A stretch of 60,156 nucleotides of DNA, the filler included, from Ionaspis alba (taxonomy: Eukaryota), in assembly GCA_964255285.1 (NCBI GenBank). It is 5 parts of 5 records of this genome, joined end to end, with 100 filler letters (N's around TTAATTAATTAA, not from the genome) between each part and the next. Parts side by side here need not be neighbours in the genome. Positions count along the whole stretch, not along the records: positions 48,240 to 60,156 come from CAXUUL010000532.1; 4 more parts are not named here. One strand, written 5' to 3'. Of the stretch, positions 48,340 through 60,000 are shown one piece after another. The stretch's first letter is position 1, and each line of letters begins with the position of its first letter. Made by a program: the position numbers and the translations under genes. The notes beneath the pieces were generated by a model. It saw only the letters and a program-made list of their open reading frames with translations, did not search any database and was not told where the DNA came from.

Positions 48340-50138
48340 TCACCCTCTGAAGGCACTCGCACTCGCACTCGCACTCCCCGCAGCACTCGTGGTAGTCGGC
48401 ACGGGCACAAACGGCTCCGTATGCGTCGCCTTCGCCCCACCCTTACTCCCATACGTACCCGTCAACCTCTCCTTCCCATCAGCAAGCACCTTATTATTCA
48501 GGACTCTCTCAAACATGCTCAAACTAGCCTTGGGCTGATAATACGGGACTTCGTGCCCCGCCTCATATAACCTCGTAAAGCTGAAATTCCCATACTGGCG
48601 CACCTCGCCGTACTCGACGCCGTCAACGAGGAAGGGCGTGTAACCCGCGGCGTTGAATTCTTTGGTGTGCGTGTAGTTGACGGCGAGGGAGACGGCTTCG
48701 CCGCCGAACCAGTTGCAGATGTAGTCTGCGTCGCCGTAGAGGAGGGCGACGCGGACGTCGAGGTTAAGTAGGTATTCGAGGTCTTTGATGTAGGTTGGGT
48801 AGGCGAAGTCGCCGGTGTCGGAGAAACCTTGGAAGACGAGGGGGCTGGAAGGGGTGGTGTAATTGAGGTTTACGCCGAGGGCGTTTTGGATCTTGGCGGT
48901 GTTGAGGTAGTCGATGTAGTACTTGGGTGGTGTGGCTGTATCACAATTAGAAGATGAGGATTTATGTAGTTTGAGTAACGTACGGTCTTTGTATGGATGA
49001 CGGATATCATAGACTCCTCTGCCACTATAAGTGTAGTAGGGTCCTTCGACTAGACTCCGGCAGATGTTGGTTGCGCTAGCGCAGTTAGACTGTCCATCGA
49101 TAGTGCTACGATCTAGAGATGCACAATAGGCAAGATAATCGAGACATCCTCCAGGGATGAAGGCAGCAGTCTTCATGAAATTGTAGATGGTGTCATTGAC
49201 TGCTTTGATGCCATAGGTGTTGTTGACCGCGAATTCCGGATAGTAGGGGATCTGAATAGCCTGGTCGATAATTCCGTTGATTATGCCCAGACTGTCCATA
49301 TTGAGCACGGTTCCATTCGTCTTACCGGCAGCAATCAGCTTGTTCTGGTCGTAAAAATATTTGTAGAAGGCCGGTCCGTAGTGACCGCCGTATGATTCGG
49401 TCCACAGGTTGAAAGTCTTGGACTTGACTCTGGAATCAAGCTGGGGCAATTCACTGAGGAATGCCTGAAGGATATGCCACGTCCCAATCGCTGCCAAATC
49501 GGTCGTATCCACTTTATAAGGGTCAATCAAAGAATATCTGCCATCCGCTGGAGCTACAGAGGTATTTCGGAAAAGACCAGTATCGGGATCGAGGCTGCCA
49601 ACCTCCTCGGTCCCATAGGAGAAACCAACTCCCACCGGTTGAGAGAGGAATAGCATGTTGGAGACCTCGTTCCACGCATATGGATTGAGCTGTGTCTTGA
49701 GATCCTTGGTTACATTGCAAGGACCGAGTTCTTGGTAGAGTCCGATCAATGAATCAGAACCAGGCCCACCTGAGTCTGGTTAGTGCTTGCGAGCTACTTC
49801 AGAGAGTGAATGTTCATACCGTTCAGCCATAGCGTTAAAGGAGCAGTTCCAGGATTTTTCCGAGCCTCGAAGAATTGGAAGAACATATGAGTCGTCTCAT
49901 CCAAATCGACGTATCCTGAGTAGGAATTGACACCGGGAGTGGTCTCGCAAATCCCTTCTTTCCCCGGCTGTTTGTATCGAATTCTTGCGCCTGCTGGCGA
50001 GGTGATTGTCTTGACGCCTTTGGGGTCTGCAGGTATTCCCCGCTCGATCAACTTGGGTGAGGCATTTGCAGCTATGACTTGAGAAGCTGAACATATCGCC
50101 AAAGCCAAAGCGGCCAGTTTAGAAATACGCGTCAACAT
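48340..50138 (-). CDS. Secreted serine carboxypeptidase (peptidase S10, carboxypeptidase S1-like)
   Basis: Signal peptide, ICETTPGVNSYSGY, WLNG|GPG, catalytic TESYGGHYGP, GDADYICNW, AGHEVPYYQP; introns near 49771-49819 and 48936-48983. Confidence 0.93.
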
Positions 50139-50906
50139 ATTGAATGATCAATAAGTAGCACACGCGAAAAGCATACAAGAGGAAAAAGCGTGTCGGAGCA
50201 CGAAGCAAGGGAGGAATTACCCCATATTTATTCACTCAATACTCAAGTCCAACCTTTCGAGTCATAGCATCAGCCTGCACAACCGACATGCTGGTGCCCG
50301 CAGAGAACAGTGATCTCCGCTCAGCAAGCTCATCATCGGCTACAGGAAACGGGCACTAAAAGAAAATACAGGGAAAGGATTGGTGAAGTTGTTTCTTCAA
50401 TCACGTTCAAAGACGCAACTTCCCTGTCACGCGACTCGAAGAGGCATGTCCAATGTCCGGCATGGCGGGACGGTTTGGTTGTTGTGGCTAGGATAGAACC
50501 CCGAGAGAATCGTTGAAGAGGCTATCTTGCATGCAGTCTGACGAAATGGACTGGAGCAGAAGGAGATAAGAGGCTGTATTGTACGATCATGAGCATGACG
50601 ATGACCGTGTCCCTCGGTGCTGCCAACATCTTTACCCGACCGCCTTGCTGTATGTGGAAGGTCTCCGACGTGAAGGGTTTCCCCGCAGTGCTTTCTGTTC
50701 NNNNNNNNNNNNNNNNNNNNNNNNNNNNNNNNNNNNNNNNNNNNNNNNNNNNNNNNNNNNNNNNNNNNNNNNNNNNNNNNNNNNNNNNNNNNNNNNNNNN
50801 AGCCATCCGACCTCGAACATCGCGGTGGTATGTATGCCGCAAACGGTTTGGCAAGAGAATTCGCCTAACTCGAATGGACAACCTCCTCTTACAAGAGCAG
50901 TTGATT

Positions 50907-51933
50907 TCAGAGCTTTTCGGCAGTCCCGTTGGCAACCCCATTCGGCACAGCATGCCCATCAACAACAACCTTCTTTCCCTCCGCTGCCTTAGCCTCCTCG
51001 AGAATTCCTCTGACATTCGCCGCCTCCGCAGCCATCCCGGCCAAAGCCATCACATCTGCCGAGACAATGATGAAATCCTTGTTCTTGCACATCATCTTCA
51101 CGACCTCTGGTGGTCCCAACGCAAATCCACCTCTCGACACATGTTTGTGCTTTGAGCAAATAGCCTCGTACTTGGCGACCGCATCTTGCCATTCCTGTTC
51201 TGGACCACCCATGCCGTAATTTCCATCCAAGTCCATTGACACACGGGCGTCGAGCGTGCCGAGCCAGACGGCGTCGATCTCTGGTACTTCGGTCAGGATG
51301 GCATCCAAGTTGTTGATGCCTTCCAATGTCTCGATCTGAATCATTATGGCTGCTTGCTCGTTCAGGTTCTGGTGAAGGGTCTTCGTGGGATCGAGTTTGT
51401 TGTCTGTAACGCCGGGGGCGAAGCGGAAGGGAGGCGCGGAGCGATTGCCGCCTTTCTTGGCACCGAATTTGGCGGCCGCGACAATGTGCTTGGCTTGTTC
51501 GACGCTCTCGACTTGAGGAATGATAATGGAAGCGCCTGCATCTAGAGCGTAGCCAATGGCGGCATGATCGGTGCCAGGTACGCTCCCGGGAATGTCAGCA
51601 TAATTGTAACGTCCCCAGTTGATTAGCAGGGAAAGCATACCGCACGAAAGGAATGGTACGGCCTTCACTCATGAACATTATCTCGTGAACGATGGTAGTC
51701 ATTGTCTCGACATTGCAGGACGTGTGTTCCCAGTCAACCCAGGCGACATCGTAGCCAAGGGGAGCGATGAATCGCGCTGTTGGAATAGTGCTGACTCCGA
51801 GATAGACACCCACTAGAGCCGGGATCTTTCCTGCGTGGGCATCGCGAAGAGCTTTCCGGGCTTGATGAGGCTGGAAGAGCGAGGGAGCTCGGTAGGCTTG
51901 CATGCCTTGAGGAGGAGAGTGGAAGGTGGCCAT
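50907..51933 (-). CDS. HpcH/HpaI aldolase family protein
   Basis: YRAPSLFQPH, WVDWEH, R|VPGTDHAAIGYALDAGAS, QIETLEGINNLDAI, WLGTLDARVSM; intron 51583-51640. Confidence 0.87.
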
Positions 51934-53043
51934 GGTGGAAGGTGTGGGTGAAATTGGTTCCTGTGAGGTAAGTATTTCGGCAGTCGTTGAAATAGCAGAA
52001 GGTTCTAGAGGCAGAAGTGTAAGAAACATCCAAAGGTGAAGCGATTATGGATGTTATTTTCACAAGACGAAGATAAGTGGATTGAGGAAGAGAGGGGGGA
52101 AGGTTATTAAAGTGTTTTGTTGCCTTTTATACAGAACCCGTTCGGTCAATACAGGCGGGCCATCTTCATATGCTATCCGTGCCGTGAGCTGGTTGTTTAT
52201 ACGATGTCCAGCTGCAATGACAAATCTCATGGATTGTGTTGACCGAAGAAATCCACTTTAATCTTACTGTATTGGTTATCTGACAGTGGCGGGTTAAGGA
52301 TCCTATACAGGGGTGATATAATGTGAATGCACGGTAAGCGGCAGGAAGATTAGAAATAGATAGTACTCTTGAATTTTCCAAATCAGTTGTCCGCCAAAAG
52401 GACCTCTAGGCAGTATCAACGAATATATAAAAACGACATGATACTGGACATTCATGTTCACCACTTTAGTGGAGCGGGTACCAGACCTGAGATACTTGAC
52501 AGGGAAAACATGACATTAATCAGCTTACAGGATGAGACTAATATGGTGCTCGCGCGGACTAGTTTCAAGACAGTACTATAACTTATCAAAAGAGACTCGG
52601 CAGCTGATATTAGTGCCATAAATCCTGCCATCATAAACTCAGCTCTATTCGATGAAGTAATGTCGTTTTTGGAATATTTACGGAACATCAGGCCCACACC
52701 ACAAAGACACATTTTTCAAAAGCAGATCTAATGTAAGTTGGCGGATGATATCGCTCAGACTGTTGGTGAAGTCGTTGCAGTGAGTGGCGATCCGTTCTCT
52801 TGAGGCGCGCTGTTCGAGATAATGTGTCAAAGGAGGAGGATCAGAGAGATTGATAAGCTGAAAACAAGGAATCCTTCAGCGGCGGCGCATTAGCCGATCT
52901 GTTCATGTATTTGGAAGTCCCGAACATGGAGCTCCATGTCATGGTCTGACAGACTTCGTAAGCTCTGGAATCCTCCAGTCTCCCATCTCACGAGAGAAAA
53001 CATGGAGAAGTTGGGAGCCGATGCGGAGTAGATGTGAGACCGA

Positions 53044-53073
53044 GCGCGCAGCCGAGCGCGTCAACAGGCGCGT
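53044..53073. promoter_or_regulatory. Three CGCG (MCB-like) cores at 12-bp spacing upstream of RPA3
   Basis: CGCG starts at 53045, 53057 and 53069, about 90-120 bp before ATG 53162. Confidence 0.5.
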
Positions 53074-53161
53074 CTTCCCCCACATCTCCCTCAACAGACT
53101 CAATCCTTTGGCCTTTCTATCAAGCCTCAGGCCTCCCCATTCAAATCCGCCAACGTCCGAG

Positions 53162-53667
53162 ATGGCGAACGAAGCCACTCCGCGCATCAATGCTGCATAC
53201 CTCGAGCAATTTGTCAATCGTACTGTGCGCATGGTCGGCAAAGTACAGGCATTGAGGGGAGAGACGGCAACGTTGGATTCCAATGGTCCTGTCACTGTTC
53301 ACCTGAATCGAGTGAGTTGTGCATGAGGCCTTTTTTCCCATTGCCCACTGATTCCTGGCTTGGCTATAACGAATTTATATTACTGAATCGAAGAAGAACC
53401 GCTGACTCCATTCTGGTCCAGGACTCCCACCTTACCCAGAACAACGCGGCCGAGGTTATTGGCAAAGTACAGATGGATCTGAGCATCAAGGTACTGCAAG
53501 CCACCGACTTTGGTACAAACTTCGGTACAGGCTCCTATCTTCCCTGGGCATACTCGCGAAGCCCCTTGCTAATGCAGTGGCGGTCAGACTACGCAGCCGC
53601 AGATGGGGTCGTCGAGGCTACGCATAGGTATAGGAATATCTTCTATGAGAGCGCGAGCAATGCTTGA
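53162..53667 (+). CDS. ssb3: Replication protein A 14-kDa subunit (Rfa3/Ssb3)
   Basis: MANEATPRINAAYLEQFVNRTVRMVGKV..EVIGKVQMDLSIKVLQATDFG..VEATHRYRNIF; two introns. Confidence 0.9.
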
Positions 53668-54003
53668 AAGATAGAAGCAAGAACAGATGTACCTACATGA
53701 TGCAGTGGGAATCGAGATAGAGGGAAGGGTGAAGCGGCAGGAATGGCTGAAGCTTGGAGGCGATGGCGAGCTCTCGACCGGAGCATGTCGGGGCAGGAAA
53801 AATTGATGGAGGTACCATGCATATGGTGGATTTCAGTGTCTGGCCTGTGAGGAGAGAACATCTAAGAATTTGTAAAGACGTGGTATTGCCTACCCATAGC
53901 AGCTGAGGTCTTCTAGAGTATGTACAGAGCCTGAACAACAACGAAGATATGAGCTTGCTGAATTACAAAGCTCAAGCTCGATTCCACCTTCTTTGCCTCA
54001 CAA

Positions 54004-55639
54004 CTACCTCCCACGTCCTATCCACGTCAAAACACCCTCACCATCCGTAGAACACATCCTAGCCAATATATCCTCCAACTTCTCCACCAAACCCGGCTTC
54101 TCATACCTCTGCTTGGCAAAGTGATTCAGAACATCCCTCCCCCTCACATTCCCCTGCACCACCACCTGCCTAACCGCATCCTCCGTCGGCAGCCCCAAAT
54201 ACCCAAACGGGTAATGGAGATAATCCCCATCCGTAAACAGCGGCAATCGATTCTCTCCCACAGTATCAAAGAACCGATCCACATCCTCATTCGACACCTT
54301 CTCCAAACTCGGCGGATCCCACACCGCCTTCACCGGCGGCTTCTCAATCAACTTCGCCGTAACCCCATTTACAAAATCCGGATGCGCCATAAACCTCTCG
54401 GCAACATGGTACTCCCTCTGAAACGTCTCCGAAATCGACCACGACTTCCCGATCCTCATCTGCCTCAACGCAACCTTCAAACTGGTGGGACTCTTCTCCC
54501 CAATCATCTCCAGCGTCCTCTCCGCCCACTCCCTCATCTCCCCCTTTTCCCGCCCCAACGCCGCACAAATCTCCTCCACAGTCCCATACCGAAAACACCG
54601 ATCGATCGCCCGCCTCCTCTCGCCCGCCAAAACCATCGGCTCATCATGCGGCAACCCCGTGCCAAACTCCTCAATCGTCCGATCCACAAACGCCAATCGC
54701 TCCCCCAACGTCGCATAATCCTTGAACACGAGCTCCGCCAGCCGGGCCGTCAGATCCCCCAAGCTGCTCGAATCGATGTAGTGCGTCGCCACACCCGCAT
54801 AGTACGCATTCACGCCCGTCAAGCGCTCGCTCGTCAAAGCCAGGTACGTTCCCACCTCGCCGTCGAGTCTGGGCATGAAGAACGACGCGCCTACGTCTGG
54901 GAAAAATCCAATCGTCGTCTCGGGCATTGCGAAGACTGTTCGCTCCGTCGCGATCCGGATCGGGGCGTGCACGCCTAGCCCTACGCCCCCGCCCATGGTG
55001 ATCCCGTCCATGTAGGCGATGTAGGGTTTGGGATATGTGGCGATCAGGTGGTCGAGTTGGTATTCGAGCCCGAAGTAGTCTTTTGAGCGCTGTTGGCCGG
55101 AGGGGCCGGTGGTGTTCCATTGCGCGAGGGCGGCGACGTCCCCGCCCGCGCAGAAGGCTTTGGGGCCGGCGCCGGAGATGATTATTATGGAGGCGAGTTG
55201 GGATTTTTCCCATTCCTGTGTGAGGGAGGGTGGTTAGCTATCGCGTGTGATGTAGGTCTAGGAGATTATGGAAGAACCTGTAGTACTTTTAGTCTTGGTA
55301 TTATCTTTCGTGCCATGGAGCCGTTGAGGGAGTTGAGCTTTTTGGGCCGGTTGAGCTCGATGGTGCGGACGCCGTAGATTGTGTTGAAGAGGACGTCGTC
55401 GGGGTCATCGCCGGGTTCTTCTTTGGGAATGGAAGCTCGTCTTGACATCTAGAAACTTGGTTAGAGATGGCTGGGTTGTAGCAGAGCTTTGGGTGCTCGC
55501 TCAGGCTACTTACGCTAGAGGCGGATCTGGAGAAAGCAGGATCTAATATCTTAGCTTTTAGAGGCATCGCAGCTGCTGTCGACCGCGAGAGCCAGCTCAG
55601 CGGTATGGCTGTTCGAGTACAACAGGGTCGTAGGAACAT
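54004..55639 (-). CDS. EHD3: 3-hydroxyisobutyryl-CoA hydrolase, mitochondrial (crotonase family)
   Basis: LNRPKKLNSLN, AFCAGGDV, MDGITMGGGVGL, FAMPETTIGFFPDVG, KSPTSLKV, DFVNGVTAKL. Two in-frame ATGs (55639, 55567). Confidence 0.92.
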
Positions 55640-55861
55640 CAATGGCAGTTGTTCAAATATGTATTGAAAGGATTGTATTTGAAGAGTCGGGAAACCTTTT
55701 AGTGGACGTCGAGCCTCGGCTCCACTCGCCCACGACTTTATATACCTTGGACACAGTCGCATAGAGGCAGCGTTCTGCTAGTACGAAATAATTACATTGA
55801 TACAAGAAGATTGACACCTTATGGCTGTACATCTCCGTCCTCGACAAACATCCCATATTCT

Positions 55862-56218
55862 TTACATAGCCGAAGGCACCGTCCTATTCAAATCACTCTC
55901 GTGCTCCCTCAAAATGCCGTCCAGCGCACTCCTCTCCACAATAATCCTCCCCAACTCCAACAAATCCTTCACATCCACATCCGCTTCCGTCTTCACCCTC
56001 CCATCCTCTCCCGCCCCCGCCATCGCCCGATAAAGATTCAGTCGCACATCTGTCGTCACTATCAACGACCTCCCATCCTTATTCCCCCAACCATTCTTCT
56101 CCATAATCTGCTTGATCCATCTCGGTTCCGCCATCTCGATGTCTGCTCCGTCCTCGATTAGTATCAGCTCCCCTTTCTTGTACCTGTAGCTCAGTGCGGT
56201 CCGCCATGCCAGATCGTA
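55862..56218 (-). CDS. YML6: Mitochondrial ribosomal protein uL4m (YmL6), C-terminal part; the rest is in the gap
   Basis: YDLAWRTALSYRYKKGELI..GWGNKDGRSL..VDVKDLLELGRIIVERSAL..HESDL matches the fungal mitochondrial L4 C-terminus. Confidence 0.78.
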   Translation of the reverse strand, partial: YDLAWRTALSYRYKKGELILIEDGADIEMAEPRWIKQIMEKNGWGNKDGRSLIVTTDVRLNLYRAMAGAGEDGRVKTEADVDVKDLLELGRIIVERSALDGILREHESDLNRTVPSAM

Positions 56219-57005
56219 NNNNNNNNNNNNNNNNNNNNNNNNNNNNNNNNNNNNNNNNNNNNNNNNNNNNNNNNNNNNNNNNNNNNNNNNNNNNNNNNNN
56301 NNNNNNNNNNNNNNNNNNGTCCGTCGATCGTGTCTTGCAATGAGAAACCAATCCTTGTGGAGACCTCGTGAGGAGCTACCATGCCTCGAACCCACTGGGA
56401 GTGAAGGCTTGCATATTCACTTTCTCATTGGCTTGATCGACAGGGAACACACGGCGCAGCAATTCCAGCCTCATACGTGTAACACGCTATTCCATCGATC
56501 AATCTCACCAGGCCACACAATTTGCTTGGGAAGCGAGAAAGATGCGCACGATGGCTGGGAGTCCTGTTGAACACGCGGATGGGAATGGTACAGTACAGGA
56601 GATGCTTCGTTTCTCTACAAAATGTTCTCCATTTTCATATGGACTGGTTTCGCGTGAGACAGAGTTAAAAATCAAGCATAACGTATAGCCGCCCGTTCCT
56701 GAGCGGCGAACCAGCATCTTGTGCACCCTGTCCTTGATCGGTTCTTCAGTAGCACGTGGTCAGGCACCCGTGCTAAAGCATAAGCGGTGATCTCGAGCTG
56801 CAAAACACAAATCTTCTGCGGACAAGCTTGTGGCAAGGTCGCCCTACCGTGCTTACTATCCTGTTCAGCACACATGCTTCCTTGCTGCACCGCAATCCTG
56901 CGGAGACTAATCACTTTCTTCCAGCCCTGACCTTTCACCGTTCTTATTCACTAGCATCGTCCTTTCATTCTTGTTCTCCAGGCCGATGCACACTCACTGC
57001 TCAGC

Positions 57006-60000
57006 ATGTCTTTCCTATCTTCGCTCTTTTCATGCGTGCTGTGCGGAGTTATAGCACTCCAAGTATCCATTCATAATCAAGGTTCGTAGATATATACCGA
57101 GGAACCATGGTCAAAACATGTTTCATGCTACTGACAGGTTCGCGTAGTGTTCGCATTGGATACGTCGACGGTCACTTCATACAGCAGATCTTTTACTCTC
57201 GGGTCGAATGTCACGACATCAGCTACACCTGGAACGTCAACGGCATCCTCGAATTCAAAGCCCTCCGAGACCGCGCCAACCACTACGGAGGTCTTCACGT
57301 TGACTAAGCCTGGCCTCCTGGTACTTCCAGAGGGACATGATTATTCTAAACAAAGAGAAATTTTATCTACTCTCACTTTCACCGGGCCGACCGTCGTTAC
57401 TGCTCCATGGGTGCAAGACCCCTATGAGCGGCCAGTGACGTACGACCTTGCCGAGCTTTACACAAGTACATTCACAGTTGACCAAGGTACCCTGCTGTTT
57501 GATGTTGGCGAGGGCACCACATACTCACTCATCTCGCTCGTTGGACCAACCACCGCCACTATAGTAGCCAGCCGGCCTGGTGGTGACTATGATTATCCTT
57601 TCAGTGCCTACGATAATACTGCCGATCCTGCTTGTGTTGGCAAGTCCCGTCTGACAGGCTCAGATTATTCCTCGTTTATCCAAGGTCACGCTTTCACCGC
57701 CAAGTCTCCAATAGCCACCCTCAGTACCGGTCAGGTTCTGACAACAGTACTTACCGAGGGCGGATTCGGCCAGTTCATCCAATACGTGAATAGAACTTTC
57801 ACAGGACCGACCACGGTATACAGTACTGTGAGCGAACAATTCTTGATTCCACAAAACAACGGCGCGAATCCAATCCAAAACAGGCCTCAAGCCCCGGGAC
57901 TGAGATGCGGTGGTGGCTGCGGCATTTGCAGGGTCTTTTTTCAGGTTGTTTATGTGCATTATTGGCCGGTTGAGAAACCGAACACCGCATGCCTGGACAA
58001 CAACTCGGTAACTCCTACGCCCGTGGCAGCTGGAAATGGAACCGGTCCGGGAGTGACTGTCCATCCACGGGGTCTTAGTAAAATCAGTGCAGACGCAACT
58101 ACGGTAGTCTCGGGCAGTGTTACTTTGTGAGCATCCAAAGCTAAGCTCTTGATGAAACATGCTGATTTAGGGAACAGTACATCGCCATCAGTCTACATAG
58201 CATTCCCAAGTATTGAAGCGGCAGACGAGTGTGGATTCATTGGTGCAACGCACACATCAGTCCTACTTTCGTATGAACCTTCTCAGCTATCCACGGCAGT
58301 TATTCGGGACCTGTACAGCACCGAATACTTCCCGTTCGATTTTGCCGATGCCCAATGTCCTCCAGCGTCTCTCAGCACCATGAACGCATTCACGCCATTG
58401 GGTCTAAGTGGGCAGTACAACCCCATCATCTCACCACCAGCCGGTCTTACACTCCTCGATCCGAATTGGAACCAAAATTGCGTGCTCGCGCCGTTCCAAG
58501 GAAACGACCCTCCATATGCTCTTGTGCCAGCAACCAATATAGCAGATCCAACCAAAGCAAACTCTCTACCTACAGCAACGCCTGCAAATCCACCTCAAGC
58601 TATTCCACCATTGCCAGAAAAGACCACAGACACAGGCGCGGCATTGGCAACTCAAACAGCCATGAATCCACCTCATAGTCCCGATCCGCCGGCTGGGACT
58701 CCAGTACCCGTGCCGCAACCTCCAAAAGCACCAGCATCTGTCCCTCAACAACCTCCGCAAGACCCAGCTACTCCGAAACCGCAGCAGCCTCCAAGTGATC
58801 CTGCCGCTCCTAAGCCTCAGCAACCACCTACTGATCCAAACATTCCCAAGCCTCAGCAGCCGCCGAGTAATCCAAATAGTCCAAAGCCTCAACAGCCACC
58901 CAGTCATCCCGACACGCCGAGCGACCCTGCTGCTCCAAAACCTCAACAACCACCGAGTGATCCTGCAACACCAGGCCCGAAACAATCTCCCAATGATCCT
59001 GCGGCGCCGGCACCTCAGAACCCTGGAGACCCAGCGACGCCAAATCAGCCAAAAGGCGTGGTCACGGCCTCCTACGTCCCAGTTGCTAACCCCCAAGCAC
59101 CTGCTGAAAATTCAGCGCCAAAACCTGTCACTTTGGGAAATCAGGTATTCACAGCCAATGCAGCATCACAATACAATGTCAATGGACAAACGGTCAAGCC
59201 CGGCGATACCGTTACAATAGCCGGAACTCCGGTCGTGGTCCCAAACCCTACTTCTCAGAACCAGGACCCAGCTCTAAAACCACCGATCGTAACCCTAGGC
59301 GGCCAAGTCTATACCGCCAACGCCGCATCCCAATACAGCGTCAACGGACAAACAGTCAAACCCGGCGACACCGTCGTAATAGCCGGCGTTCCCCAAGTCA
59401 TACCCACCACTCCATCACCCACACCCCTCCCTTCAGCCATCATAATAGGCACCAAAACCTACACGTTCTCCCCTTCCTCGCCCCTAATCATCGCCGGCCA
59501 AACCGCAGTCCCCGGCTCCGTTATCACAATCTCCAACACCCCAATCTACATCCCGCCCCTCCCAACGCCCCAAGTCATAACCCTCGCCTCCCACACCTAC
59601 ACCGCAGACTCCGCTTCCAACTTCCTCATCAACGGCCAAACACTCCCTCCCGGCGCCTCTGTCACCATCGCTGGAAGCACTTTCGTTATCCCAACTCCTG
59701 CTCCTAGCCCCGCGCCGGCAGTGCTGACGATAGGCGGGAAACCCTACACCGCAGACGCTTCCTCCAACTTCGTTATCGACGGCCAGACCCTCGCTCCAGG
59801 GTCTGCAATCACCGTTTCCGGCACTCGCATCTCCCTCGCCGCGGGCCCAACTCCCTTTGCCCTTATCGGCACCTCTACTATCCCCCTCCCCCTTCTGACA
59901 ACACCGCAAGCATCAATCGGCCCTGAGATCTTCACTTTTGGAACAAGGACGTATACCGCTAACGCGGCTTCGGATTTCGTCATCGATGGAAAGACGTTGA

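Noticed and set aside
58743..59042. 36-bp periodic repeats as a CRISPR-like array
   Set aside because: They are in-frame coding repeats with synonymous variation, no spacers, in a eukaryotic gene.
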